NCBI GenBank assembly: GCA_030668485.1
Contig: DAOUTW010000013.1
Coordinates: 2,902 to 66,901 of the forward strand
DNA: 64,000 nt
Direction of reading: 5' to 3'
Origin: Candidatus Zixiibacteriota bacterium
Lineage (GTDB): Bacteria > Zixibacteria > MSB-5A5 > GN15 > JAAZOE01
The position numbers and the translations under genes are program-made. Positions 40,098 to 50,302 of the stretch are shown here, piece after piece (position 1 is the stretch's first letter; the number at the start of each line of letters is the position of its first letter). The notes beneath the pieces were generated by a model that searched no databases, was not told the DNA's origin, and saw nothing but the letters and a program-made list of their open reading frames with translations.

Positions 40098-41834
40098 TCA
40101 ATCTTGCAATCTCTGCCACAACTGCTCGCGGAGATTTTCATGCTCCTTAATATTCTGTACGCGATCACCGACAATTTCGATAACAGCCGAATGTTTATCG
40201 GCTCTCGTTTGTTTGAGACATTCATCAAATTCGATAATTCTCTTCGGATTGTGGTACGGCAGATCAAAAAGCCCGGCGGCATTTTCGAAGCTGAGGCCAT
40301 GCGGGGTCGCAAAAATATTTTCAAAATGGTCGGTTAGTCCGGCCACCGGGAGGAAATGGAATATTCCGCCGCCGTTATTGTTGATCACTATTATTATCAC
40401 CGGAACGTCGGATTTTTTGGCTAATGCAAGAGAATTAAGATCATGGATGAAGGCCAGGTCGCCAATCAGCAGAAAAGTCGGGCGCATCGATCCGGCAGCA
40501 AAGCCGCAGGTGGAAGCGATGACGCCATCGATACCACTGGCGCCGCGGTTTGAGCCAACGAAAATATCCCGGATACTATGTGGAATAAAGCTGTCGGCAT
40601 CACGTATCGGCATACTGCTGGAAAGAAACAGGGCGTCACCATCGGTGAGACTGGCACCAAGCCGATTCGCAATTTGTGGTTCGCTAATGGCGCCTTGATC
40701 GAAGTAGTCATTAATAAACCGCCCGCAGCGATTATCCATATCTGCCCATTGATCGAGGTATTCAGATTTTTCATTTTCCGCAACTTGGGTAATAATCTGA
40801 TCCAGCATTCGATCCGGCTGGCAAACAATTCGCTTCGTTTCCAAAGTGTCGGGATCGATGGTGCGGTTATGATCCTGCAGCTTGAGATATTCAACACCTT
40901 TATTCTGCAGAAAAAACTGATTCAAACGTTTCGAGGTCGGCAAACCTCCGATATGAAGAATAACCTCGGGCTTCAGGATTTCTGCGATCTTTTCAATATC
41001 GAGATAGAGATCGTAATGGGCTATAACATGACCGTTTGGGATGTGGCGTTGCTGCGACAAGATATCAGACACGATCGGCCATTTCAATTTTTCCGATAGT
41101 TTGCCAATCATCCGACTGGCCCGGAACGGCGTCTCGGGCCCTGCTATTATCAACCCCTTAGCTTTTCCATCTATCAGGGAGGCGATCTCACTTACCGATT
41201 TCTCTGCTGATGCTGTCTGATCGGGAGGGGCTTGCTTAGACATCTCACTCTGCCACTGGTCCAGTTGCTGTTGCATCCGATTATGATCGTATGCTTCCTC
41301 AACGGGAGCCAGCGGTTCGCGGAATCGAAAATTGATATGCACCGGAGCGGTGGCAGGAGCCACTTTTAAAGTAGCATCTAACTTTTTCAGAACCGGAATG
41401 GGATCGGATCGATCCGTGGGCGCTTCGATGGTCATCCCGGCAACGGCGTATTGACCGAAGATATTTCCCTGATTGATCGTCTGATTGGCCCCACAATTCT
41501 GCAGTTCTTCGGGTCGGTCGGCGGTCAGGACCGTTATCGGCAATCGTGAATGATATGCCTCGATCACCGCCGGCAGCATATTCGCCACCGCCGTTCCGGA
41601 GGTGCATATCACTGCCGCCGCCCGGCCGGTTGCGCGAGCATACCCGACCGCATAGAAGGCCGAACCGCGCTCATCGAGATTAACTTTGATTTCAGCCCTG
41701 GGATGATCGGCAACGGCCAATGTCAACGGTGTGGATCGCGATCCGGGCGAGACACAAAAGGTGGTGACACCTCGATGGACTAACTCATCGGTCACCATCT
41801 CGGCCCAAAACATATTGATATTGGGAGCTGTCAT
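40098..41834 (-). CDS. menD: SEPHCHC synthase (TPP-dependent)
   Basis: SPGSRSTPL, DERGSAF, CTSGTAVAN, NRGASGIDG, GDLAFIHD, NNNGGGIF motifs. Confidence 0.97.
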   Translation of the reverse strand: MTAPNINMFWAEMVTDELVHRGVTTFCVSPGSRSTPLTLAVADHPRAEIKVNLDERGSAFYAVGYARATGRAAAVICTSGTAVANMLPAVIEAYHSRLPITVLTADRPEELQNCGANQTINQGNIFGQYAVAGMTIEAPTDRSDPIPVLKKLDATLKVAPATAPVHINFRFREPLAPVEEAYDHNRMQQQLDQWQSEMSKQAPPDQTASAEKSVSEIASLIDGKAKGLIIAGPETPFRASRMIGKLSEKLKWPIVSDILSQQRHIPNGHVIAHYDLYLDIEKIAEILKPEVILHIGGLPTSKRLNQFFLQNKGVEYLKLQDHNRTIDPDTLETKRIVCQPDRMLDQIITQVAENEKSEYLDQWADMDNRCGRFINDYFDQGAISEPQIANRLGASLTDGDALFLSSSMPIRDADSFIPHSIRDIFVGSNRGASGIDGVIASTCGFAAGSMRPTFLLIGDLAFIHDLNSLALAKKSDVPVIIIVINNNGGGIFHFLPVAGLTDHFENIFATPHGLSFENAAGLFDLPYHNPKRIIEFDECLKQTRADKHSAVIEIVGDRVQNIKEHENLREQLWQRLQD

Positions 41835-43201
41835 CGGATCGCCTTACCACTCAGGGTTGGCTGCAGCACATCCTTGCTGTCTATCTCCTGCCATTCCGCA
41901 TCGGGATCGGAACCGGCAACAATTCCTGCTCCGGTAAAAACGGAAACTGTTTTGCCATGTACAAGAAGCGACCTGATCCCGACCACGAACTCGGCTCGCT
42001 CCGGGGTGATGTATCCAACCGGACCGGCATACCAGCCGCGGTCAAATCCTTCCAGTTCTGCTATCTTACTTATCGCCGCATCGCGCGGAGTGCCGCCGAC
42101 AGCAGGAGTGGGATGGAGGGCAGCGATAATATCGCTGTCATGAATATCATCACGCAGATGACCATTGATTGGTGTAATCAGATGCTGGATACGATCCAGT
42201 TTCATTACCGCGGTTTCGCCGATTTCCGGCGATGGTTGGCATAAGGCGGCAGCCGCATCGATTACGCCGTCAATTACCAATTGATGTTCATGCCGCAGTT
42301 TGTGATTGCTGAGCAGTTCGTTTTCCAGCCGACGATCTTCGTCCGGGGTAGCACCTCGCAGGATGGTGGATGATAGCGCTTCGACTTCAAGCATCCTCTC
42401 GTTGCGCCGATACAACCGCTCCGGTGAAACCGAAATAAACGCGACATCCGGACGGGGCTGATACAGCATAGCAAAGCAATACCGATGATGCTCCGTTAAA
42501 TGCTTCAACAGTACCAACGGGTCAATTTTATTTTCGAATTGGTAATCGGTACGTCGCGCCAGAACTACCTTTTCGACGGAGTCTGACCTGATCGCCTCCA
42601 GACAGTTTTCGACTTTCCGGCGCCAGTGATGATAGTCGGGATGATGCTCAACCGATATGACCTCCGGCATTATTTGTTCCGGGAAAGTATGCGCACCTGT
42701 CCCGCCGAATATGAAACGTGATTCGTGTTTGTCGATAGATAAATGATCGTCGGCGTCGGTCGTTATAGACTGGCAGCAGACCTCGGAATAAGAACCATCC
42801 TCACGGACCAAAGATGCTTCCGGGATAAAAAGGGTTTCGTCGGGGAAATCGCTCCAGATAGAATCACCCGATTCGCCTGGCGTGAATCTTTTGCCCCCCA
42901 CAAAAATCGGGGCCATATTCGGCGGCAGATCGAGGAAATCCTGAGCCCCCACAAACGGTGATTTTGAATTTCCATCCACTGTGTATGCCGTGCCCACACC
43001 TCCGATTTCAAAATGGCTGTCACGACTTTTCCAGTACCATTTCTTATCGGCCTTAATTCCGTGCAGGCGACTGATAATATCTGTCTTTGAAGCGGGGACT
43101 TTTAGCAGAAACGGAAAAGGGCGTCCGGTTCGACGCATAAATTCCGTGATCAGCGTCAGGTATTGAGTGACTCGCTTATTATGGGCGTCCCTGCTGGACA
43201 T
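41831..43201 (-). CDS. menF: Isochorismate synthase
   Basis: KVVLAR, SPERL, ALHPTPAVGG, GWYAGPVG, GAGIVAGS motifs. Confidence 0.92.
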   Translation of the reverse strand: MSSRDAHNKRVTQYLTLITEFMRRTGRPFPFLLKVPASKTDIISRLHGIKADKKWYWKSRDSHFEIGGVGTAYTVDGNSKSPFVGAQDFLDLPPNMAPIFVGGKRFTPGESGDSIWSDFPDETLFIPEASLVREDGSYSEVCCQSITTDADDHLSIDKHESRFIFGGTGAHTFPEQIMPEVISVEHHPDYHHWRRKVENCLEAIRSDSVEKVVLARRTDYQFENKIDPLVLLKHLTEHHRYCFAMLYQPRPDVAFISVSPERLYRRNERMLEVEALSSTILRGATPDEDRRLENELLSNHKLRHEHQLVIDGVIDAAAALCQPSPEIGETAVMKLDRIQHLITPINGHLRDDIHDSDIIAALHPTPAVGGTPRDAAISKIAELEGFDRGWYAGPVGYITPERAEFVVGIRSLLVHGKTVSVFTGAGIVAGSDPDAEWQEIDSKDVLQPTLSGKAIR

Positions 43202-43214
43202 AGGTCGGATCAGG

Positions 43215-44207
43215 TTAAAATTGAAAGCCGGGCCCGGCGTCGCTATCCGGTTGTTTCAACAGGCCCATTTGAGTGATTTCATCAAATATCGTCTTGAACT
43301 CATCGAGCGACATCGACTGTGCACCATCCGAAAGGGCGTTGTCAGGATCGGGATGGACTTCGACCATGATACCGTCGGCTCCGGATGCCAGCGCTGCCTT
43401 GATTAGCGGTGGTACCAGCTTTCGGTTCCCGGCGGCATGGGAGGAATCGGCCACCACCGGCAGGCCGCTCAGTTCTTTGGCCAATGGTATCGCCAGGACA
43501 TCGAGAGTAAACCGTGTCCGCGGTTCGAAGGTACGGATGCCTCTTTCACACAGAATTATCCGTTCATTGCCGCCCCGGCGGATATAATCGGCGGCATGGA
43601 CCCATTCATCGATAGTAGCTGCCATGCTCCGTTTGAGTAAAACCGGTTTGTTGACTGCGCCGAGGGCGGTCAAAAGCGAATAGTTGAACATATTGCGCGA
43701 ACCGACCTGGATGATATCGGCATACTGCGCGACATCGTCCAACTGCGACTTGTCCATCAATTCGGTAACGACCTTCATTTTATAACGGGAGGCGGCCGAG
43801 GCCAGGATTTTCAGACCGATTTTCCCCAACCCCTGGAAGGAACTGCTCTGGGTGCGGGGCTTGAAAGCTCCCCCTCGCAGATATTTGAGATTCAGGCCGG
43901 AAAGAAAACCGGCCACCCGGTCAATCTGCTCTTCCGATTCGACCGAACATGGACCGGCAATAATAAATTTCTGCCGTTCAGTAATATTAGCCGAAGCCGG
44001 CTTATTTTCAGATTCTTTTTTCAATATCAGTTTGCCTGCTCTGCCGGATATTTGATCAAGGTGTTCCCTGAGTTCGCCGTTTACTCGTCCAAAAATCCGA
44101 ATAACAACTTTGTCCCGTTCAATAATTTCATAATCGAGGGACTTATCGGATAAGACCGCTACGAACTGCTCACATCGTTTATCACCCGGTTCAAAGCTGT
44201 AAATCAT
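43215..44207 (-). CDS. aroF: DAHP synthase type I-beta with N-terminal extension
   Basis: IAGPCSVES, RGGAFKPRT, KPVLLKR, CERGIRTF, DSSHAAG motifs. Confidence 0.92.
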   Translation of the reverse strand: MIYSFEPGDKRCEQFVAVLSDKSLDYEIIERDKVVIRIFGRVNGELREHLDQISGRAGKLILKKESENKPASANITERQKFIIAGPCSVESEEQIDRVAGFLSGLNLKYLRGGAFKPRTQSSSFQGLGKIGLKILASAASRYKMKVVTELMDKSQLDDVAQYADIIQVGSRNMFNYSLLTALGAVNKPVLLKRSMAATIDEWVHAADYIRRGGNERIILCERGIRTFEPRTRFTLDVLAIPLAKELSGLPVVADSSHAAGNRKLVPPLIKAALASGADGIMVEVHPDPDNALSDGAQSMSLDEFKTIFDEITQMGLLKQPDSDAGPGFQF

Positions 44208-44511
44208 CGTATTACCATGCCCAATTCAAAACGTCGGCTAATGGCACAAATCTGTAATCTATTACGCAGCCAATATATGCTATTGCCGGAGGAAATCAAG
44301 CCAATTAACGGCGGTATAAGTATGTCCCGGTAGTATTTGCCGATAGAAAATGTCCGTCTTGACAGGGCAAAAACGGGGACCGTTTGACTTCAAGACCACA
44401 AGATGTCAGTCTATCGCATTCTCCTGTCTGCCTTAACACCGCATTGTCGAGATTCCGGTCAATTTTGGGCCGTTCTCAATTGTAGTTAGCATTCTATTTG
44501 ACAACATATTA

Positions 44512-44590
44512 CACAGATCATCGCCCCGTGTGAAGAGCAAATGTACAAAAAATGAACAATCACACTCCAAAGATCCCCACAGATCATCGC
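44512..44590 (+). repeat. 13-bp direct repeat CACAGATCATCGC x2 in the divergent aroF / PEP-CTERM intergenic region
   Basis: Exact copies at 44512-44524 and 44578-44590. Confidence 0.7.
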
Positions 44591-44848
44591 ATCCTGTTTA
44601 TTGAAAATAAGTTACCCAAAATATAAAGCCTCTTTTGCAATGCTGATCATGGCATAATAATTTTCCATATCCACTATCTGTCCGCATTCTGATCACATTA
44701 TCCCGTGTGATTCCGTATTGGCTTATTCGGAAACATCATAAACCATTACTTGGCTTCGCATTACGTAATTATAACCTGATCGGGAATAATATTTGCTTCA
44801 TTTTGGACAGATAAATTCATTTCAAATTCAATTACAGGAGAGAGACTG

Positions 44849-45622
44849 ATGAGGAAAATGGGAATTATTTTAGGCGCTTTGGTCATCCTGATCGGAGTTC
44901 ATGGTATGGCCATCGCAGCCCCAATCGATTTATCAACTTGGTCCGCATACGATTTCAATCCTCCGGGAGGCCAAGCGGGAAGCAACTGGAACTTGTCGGC
45001 CGATAATTTTTCGGTAACTCAGACGATCAATGCCGATCCGTCTTTCTATCTCAACAATATCAGTCAGACCAGTTATCAGATGGATGGAAAGTGGAAAGTT
45101 CTAACTCAGGGCGACGACGACTTCATGGGATTTACTTTTGGCCGGCAGAATTCGAGCAATTTTTATCTATTCGACTGGAAACAGGGCCAGCAGGATTATG
45201 TCAGCACGACCGCCTACGAAGGATTTTCAATTAAGAAAATCTCTGCCCTTTCCGAAGCCAACCTGACCCTTTCGGATTTCTGGAGTTCGACCGGTCATAC
45301 CAACAGTACGGTTTTGGCGAACAACTATGGCGCCGGCAAAGGTTGGTCCGATTTGACCGAATACGATTTCCACCTCGATTTCGCTCCCGGAGTATTCAGT
45401 GTTACGGTCATGCAGGGTGCGACCACGTTATGGGATGTGACCGTTAATGACGCTTCCTTCACCTATGGCGAGTTCGGATTCTACAACTTCTCGCAGGAAC
45501 AGGTCTGGTATTCCGGATTTGAGCAGACCGGTGGAGTTCCGGCGGTTCCGGAACCGACAACGATGATTCTGTTTGGAATCGGTCTTGCGGGAATCGGCCT
45601 GCGCCGTAAATTCCGCAAGTAA
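44849..45622 (+). CDS. PEP-CTERM protein with thrombospondin/COMP C-terminal (TSP_C) lectin-like domain
   Basis: Signal peptide; QTINADP, DDDFMGFTFGRQNSSNFYLFDWKQ, GWSDLTEY, GFYNFSQE motifs; C-terminus VPEPTTMILFGIGLAGIGLRRK. Confidence 0.88.
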   Translation: MRKMGIILGALVILIGVHGMAIAAPIDLSTWSAYDFNPPGGQAGSNWNLSADNFSVTQTINADPSFYLNNISQTSYQMDGKWKVLTQGDDDFMGFTFGRQNSSNFYLFDWKQGQQDYVSTTAYEGFSIKKISALSEANLTLSDFWSSTGHTNSTVLANNYGAGKGWSDLTEYDFHLDFAPGVFSVTVMQGATTLWDVTVNDASFTYGEFGFYNFSQEQVWYSGFEQTGGVPAVPEPTTMILFGIGLAGIGLRRKFRK

Positions 45623-45664
45623 GCAAAAGCGCTGTTAAGACCCTTTATAGGGAACTGTAATGAG

Positions 45665-45690
45665 CCGCTCTTGATATCAAGGGCGGTTTT
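45665..45690 (+). terminator. Terminator after the PEP-CTERM gene
   Basis: CCGCTCTTG/CAAGGGCGG stem plus TTTT. Confidence 0.65.
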
Positions 45691-45706
45691 CTATTTAAAT
45701 AGGGAA

Positions 45707-46279
45707 TTATTGTGTAAGTGTGACGCCCAAGTCGAACCCTTGCTTCAATAGTTTTGAATCACTTACCACCGAACCTTTGGCCCAGTCAAAATGGCCGTAA
45801 TGAATCAATCCGGCTGACTCGATATTGGCCCAGACGAAAAAGCCGCCAATCACCCTCCGGGCATGCTCATAAACCTCACGCTCTCCCCCAACCAATACAA
45901 TCGCCCCTTTGCGCTTTTTCGTGATGCGAGGAATAAATGTCTCGGGGCTATCGGGATTGATGGCGCGAAAACAGTTGGTGCGGTCGATAAATAGCTTGGT
46001 CTGCGCCGAGACCGAATCGAAATAGATCGGTGAACCGACAACGATGGCATCGCATTGATCGAATTTTTCATAGATTTCATCCATGCCGTCATTGAAAAAG
46101 CAGTAACCATCGTCCGGCGATTGCCCACAGGCCTGGCACGCCATAATATCCAGCTCATTGAGGGAGATATAATCAGAAGTCGCGCCTACCGATTCGGCGC
46201 CGCGCAGGATTTCCCTGATCAGGATCTCGGTGGAACTGCCCAGTACTGGCGAGCCGCATATACCGAGGAGGTTACTCAC
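45707..46279 (-). CDS. Flavodoxin-family / iron-sulfur flavoprotein (NADPH-dependent FMN reductase fold)
   Basis: LGICGSP, CQACGQ...C, VVGSPIYF, KLFIDR motifs; GTG start overlapping the ABC-F stop. Confidence 0.85.
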   Translation of the reverse strand: MSNLLGICGSPVLGSSTEILIREILRGAESVGATSDYISLNELDIMACQACGQSPDDGYCFFNDGMDEIYEKFDQCDAIVVGSPIYFDSVSAQTKLFIDRTNCFRAINPDSPETFIPRITKKRKGAIVLVGGEREVYEHARRVIGGFFVWANIESAGLIHYGHFDWAKGSVVSDSKLLKQGFDLGVTLTQ

Positions 46280-48155
46280 GCGGAGGTTCCTTTTCCATCG
46301 TTTCCTTTTCAATATAAAGCTCAATGATCTCTTCTTCAAGAGACTTGCGTTGCTCGCGCAGGCCATTGAGTTTTTCCCAGTCGGAACCGTCGGCGACCAG
46401 TTCCTCTTTTTCCAGCTCTTCCCATTTCTTTTCCCGCTCGGCGATCATTTCGGCGAGTTGATTGAGCCGTTTTTTATATCGTGATTTCTGCCTTGATTTT
46501 TCCTTGAATTGTTCGTAGGAGGCCTTCTTTTCTTCCGAGGCGACCTTCTTTTTCACGTTCGTCGTCTGACGTTTTGCAGCATAATCGGTGTAATTACCGA
46601 TAAAGCGGTTGAGTCGATTATCTTTAATTTCAAAGATATGATTGACGACATGATCAAGAAATTCACGATCATGACTTACCACCAGAAGTGTTCCGTGGTA
46701 ATTATCCAGCCCTTCTTCCAGCGCTTCAATCGACTCGATGTCGAGATGATTGGTCGGCTCGTCGAAAATCATCAGGTTGGCCGGGCGATACAGAATTTTA
46801 GACAACGACAGTTTTGTCTTTTCTCCGCCGGATAAAAGCGAAACCCGCTTGAAAACATCCTCACCGGAAAACCCGAACCGGGCCAGAAACGATCGGAGTC
46901 GTCCCGATTCGGCCATGGGATCGACCTCCCACAATTCCGAAATCACATCGCCGTTGAGATTGAGGTTTGACAATTCCTGATCGAAATAGGCGACATCGAC
47001 ATTCTGCCCGACGGTGATATCTCCGGCAATCGGTTCCAAAAGGCCGCCCAGGGTTTTGAGCAAAGTGGTTTTGCCGCATCCATTGGGGCCGATCAGTCCG
47101 ATCCGGTCGCCACGCGTCTGCTCAAACGAGACCCATTCCACCAACGGCAGGTGATTATAGCCGATGGTCAGGTCTTCCACTTTGACGACCTGACGGAAAG
47201 ACCGTCCGCCATCGAGAATATGGAATGTCGGTTGATCAAGTTCGAGCTTCGGTCTTTCCAGCCTTTTCAGGCGGGCCAGATATTTCTGTTTCGACTGCGC
47301 CTGCTTTGTTTTTTGCCCCGCCATATTACGGCGAATGAACTCCTCGATGCGTGCTATTTCCTCGGCCTGATGGCGGAAATAATGGGCCGCCAGCTCGATC
47401 CGTTTTTCCCGCTCTTCCATATATTTGTCGTAGCGGCAGTGGAACAGATCGAGTTTCCCCATCGATAGCCGGACGATTTTATCCACCGTCCCCTGCAGGA
47501 AGCGGCGGTCATGGGAAATTATTACATAAGTCGCGCGCGAGGCGGCGATATAGTTTTCCAGCCAGATAGTCGATTCGATATCAAGATGATTGGTCGGCTC
47601 ATCCAGAAGCAGCAGATCATAATTACCGACCAGGGCGGCGGCGATCTGAGCGCGGTTGCGTTCTCCGCCGGAAAAGGATGATAGCGGCCGGTTCATCTGC
47701 CCTTGCGAAAAGCCGATCCCGACCAGCACCAGTTTGATTTCGGTTTCCATCCGGTACCCGCCGAGTTCCTCATATCGCTGTGTCAGAGCCTGATATTCAC
47801 CGACTATTTCGCCGGGAGGATTACCGGAATTGAGGCTCGTTTCCAGCCTGGCCATCTGATGCCGAATATCATTGATCTCCGGCTGCGACAGAAAACAGAA
47901 ATCGTAAAGCGATAATTCGAGCAGATCATCAAGCTCTTGGGCCACGCCTCCGATTCGGAGGCCCTTCTGCTTATCGACCGACCCACTGTCAGGTCTTATC
48001 TGACCAAATATTATATGAAAAAGGGTCGTTTTGCCGGCTCCGTTGCGCCCGACAAAACCGATCTTATCTCCCTCCTGGATGGCCAGTGAGGCGTTTTCGA
48101 CAATCGTCTGGTCGTCGAATTTTTTACTGATATTTGAAAGTGATAGCAGCAGCAT
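46272..48155 (-). CDS. ABC-F family ATPase
   Basis: Two NBDs (GRNGAGKT; GPNGCGKT), SGGE signatures, LDEPTNHLD x2, no TM domain, C-terminal coiled coil. Confidence 0.93.
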   Translation of the reverse strand: MLLLSLSNISKKFDDQTIVENASLAIQEGDKIGFVGRNGAGKTTLFHIIFGQIRPDSGSVDKQKGLRIGGVAQELDDLLELSLYDFCFLSQPEINDIRHQMARLETSLNSGNPPGEIVGEYQALTQRYEELGGYRMETEIKLVLVGIGFSQGQMNRPLSSFSGGERNRAQIAAALVGNYDLLLLDEPTNHLDIESTIWLENYIAASRATYVIISHDRRFLQGTVDKIVRLSMGKLDLFHCRYDKYMEEREKRIELAAHYFRHQAEEIARIEEFIRRNMAGQKTKQAQSKQKYLARLKRLERPKLELDQPTFHILDGGRSFRQVVKVEDLTIGYNHLPLVEWVSFEQTRGDRIGLIGPNGCGKTTLLKTLGGLLEPIAGDITVGQNVDVAYFDQELSNLNLNGDVISELWEVDPMAESGRLRSFLARFGFSGEDVFKRVSLLSGGEKTKLSLSKILYRPANLMIFDEPTNHLDIESIEALEEGLDNYHGTLLVVSHDREFLDHVVNHIFEIKDNRLNRFIGNYTDYAAKRQTTNVKKKVASEEKKASYEQFKEKSRQKSRYKKRLNQLAEMIAEREKKWEELEKEELVADGSDWEKLNGLREQRKSLEEEIIELYIEKETMEKEPPRE

Positions 48156-48157
48156 GA

Positions 48158-50248
48158 TTAATCTTCGGATGGCAGAGGCGCGCCGCGATCGCGGGCGATG
48201 AACATTTCGAAGGCCATAAGCAGCAGGGCCGCCAACAGGAAAAACTGCCACAACTCGCGACCGAACCTTTTTTCAGTGATAAAGCCGGCCATATCGGCGG
48301 CGTAGGGCAATTTTTCGGCATTGGCAAAACTACCGCTCAGTTGATCCCAATCGCTACGGTACAGATCGCCTTCGTCCGGGTCGATATTGACTGCGAAACG
48401 ATCACTTTCCACCATGCCGTTCATAATCGAATAAACACCGCTTTGGTCAAGCCGACCGCATTCGACAGTGCGTAAATCGTCCTGCAGACTACCGGTCAAA
48501 ATCCTTCGTTGTTTGTCGGGCATCACCAGCACGAATTCGTTCTTAACATTGAACCCTTTGCGCAGAGTTCGGGCAGGTGAACTCCCGGCCAGAATTTGTT
48601 CGGTATGGGTTGAGAAATCGGAAGACAGGTATTCGCAACTTCGCACAATGAATGGCACAAAAAACGGATGGAGCGAAATATCGGAAATATCAGGAGCGAT
48701 ATCGCATCCGAAATACATCACCCGCCCGCGCCCGAATCCGGAAACCGTCAACGCCGGAGAACCATCGGAATAACGAGCCAGCAAACGAACTTCATCTTCA
48801 GCAGTTATTTCACTCTTCACGTGAGCATATGACCTGAAACTGAAACCCTGATTTTGTACACCCTCCTTGAAAACCGAGAGGATTTGATGTTCAAGATCGA
48901 AGTCGGACATAAGATAATGACCGCTACGGGAAAATTGAGTCGGGAATTGCGATCTGAGAGTGATTCCGGTCAGTTCCACCATATCCCGATTATAGGCGAC
49001 CGAATCGGTTTTTTGTCCAAGATTTACCAGCAGCCCGCCGCCCTTTCTGACGAATTCCTTGATGCGAGCGATATCGCCGCCGGGCAGGGATGAAAAATTA
49101 GCCAGAATCAGAACATCGTATTCGCCAAGATTAACCGATGAGAATGAACGATACGGAACCTGATGCACCGACCAGTGACGTCGCAGGTTTTCATCGGGAG
49201 CCAGCGCCAGTTGAAAGAACCGGGTATCGAGTCCCTCTTCCCCGGCCAGCAAAACATTAAACTGGTCCGGGATATAGAAACTGAAATGATAGGTATTGTC
49301 CGACAGGAGGTGATCGTCTGAAAGCGAAATATAACCGGAGTGGAAACCGGGATTGTTGACGATCATCGGAAAATCGACCGCTCCCGACTCACCCTGCCTG
49401 AGACGGAGGCCATCCTGCCCCATCCGCTTGTCATCGAGGTAAAGCGATACCAGGATTTCTTCATCGCCTCCCCCTGAAAGCTTTTTGACATTGGCGGCAA
49501 CATTGATCTCGGTTCCGACCTCGATTAATTGATTACCCAGATCGACACTGATAATGCCGCTATTGTCGATATCATCTACGGGGAGATCGACCAGAAATGT
49601 TTTGCCGCTGTATTCCCCGGAAGCGTTTTCGACATTAATGGAATTATCCTGAAAATCGCTGATAATGTATAACTCACGATTCAGATTCAATCTTTCATTC
49701 AGCAGATCGGCCGCGCGATTAAAACTCTCGGTCAAATCGGCGCTGCCGTCGGTCAGCGTGATAGTATTTAAAAACTCCCGGGCGGCAGCCGGATTACCGA
49801 ACAGATTATCGCCTTGAAGACGGGAATAGTCACCGGAGGTGGTTATTACAGCCGCCTCATCCGATTGCTCGAGTTGATCCAGTATCCCCCGCGCCTTCTT
49901 AATCGCCAGATCGAAAAGACGGCCGTCCTTGACCGATAAGGTCATCGAAGCCGAATTATCGATAACAATCACTGCCGAGACGGTAGCATGCGAACCCAGG
50001 TATCCGCCTTGGGTAGCAGGACGGGCAAAAGCCAGGACGACGGCAAGAATTATCAAGGTACGGATAACCAGCAGCAACAGTTGTTTGATCTTGATGGCGC
50101 GCACCTGCCGTTTTTGCATCGCCTTGAGGAATGATATCGATGAAAACGGAACCACTTTAATTTTTCTCTTGGAGAAAAGATGCAAAAGAAACGGAAACAG
50201 GGCGGCAGCAGCGGCGGCCAGAACGGCTGTATTTAAAAAATTTAGCAT
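48158..50248 (-). CDS. BatA (aerotolerance N-terminal) + vWA domain membrane protein
   Basis: FLLHLFSKRK...PFSSISFL...LLLVIRTL...FARP; DNSASM MIDAS motif; C-terminal TM (GRELWQ). Confidence 0.85.
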   Translation of the reverse strand: MLNFLNTAVLAAAAAALFPFLLHLFSKRKIKVVPFSSISFLKAMQKRQVRAIKIKQLLLLVIRTLIILAVVLAFARPATQGGYLGSHATVSAVIVIDNSASMTLSVKDGRLFDLAIKKARGILDQLEQSDEAAVITTSGDYSRLQGDNLFGNPAAAREFLNTITLTDGSADLTESFNRAADLLNERLNLNRELYIISDFQDNSINVENASGEYSGKTFLVDLPVDDIDNSGIISVDLGNQLIEVGTEINVAANVKKLSGGGDEEILVSLYLDDKRMGQDGLRLRQGESGAVDFPMIVNNPGFHSGYISLSDDHLLSDNTYHFSFYIPDQFNVLLAGEEGLDTRFFQLALAPDENLRRHWSVHQVPYRSFSSVNLGEYDVLILANFSSLPGGDIARIKEFVRKGGGLLVNLGQKTDSVAYNRDMVELTGITLRSQFPTQFSRSGHYLMSDFDLEHQILSVFKEGVQNQGFSFRSYAHVKSEITAEDEVRLLARYSDGSPALTVSGFGRGRVMYFGCDIAPDISDISLHPFFVPFIVRSCEYLSSDFSTHTEQILAGSSPARTLRKGFNVKNEFVLVMPDKQRRILTGSLQDDLRTVECGRLDQSGVYSIMNGMVESDRFAVNIDPDEGDLYRSDWDQLSGSFANAEKLPYAADMAGFITEKRFGRELWQFFLLAALLLMAFEMFIARDRGAPLPSED

Positions 50249-50302
50249 ATCGTGATCACATTATCATTCAATCGAAATCTGCAAAACCGATCTTGTTTCA
50301 GG

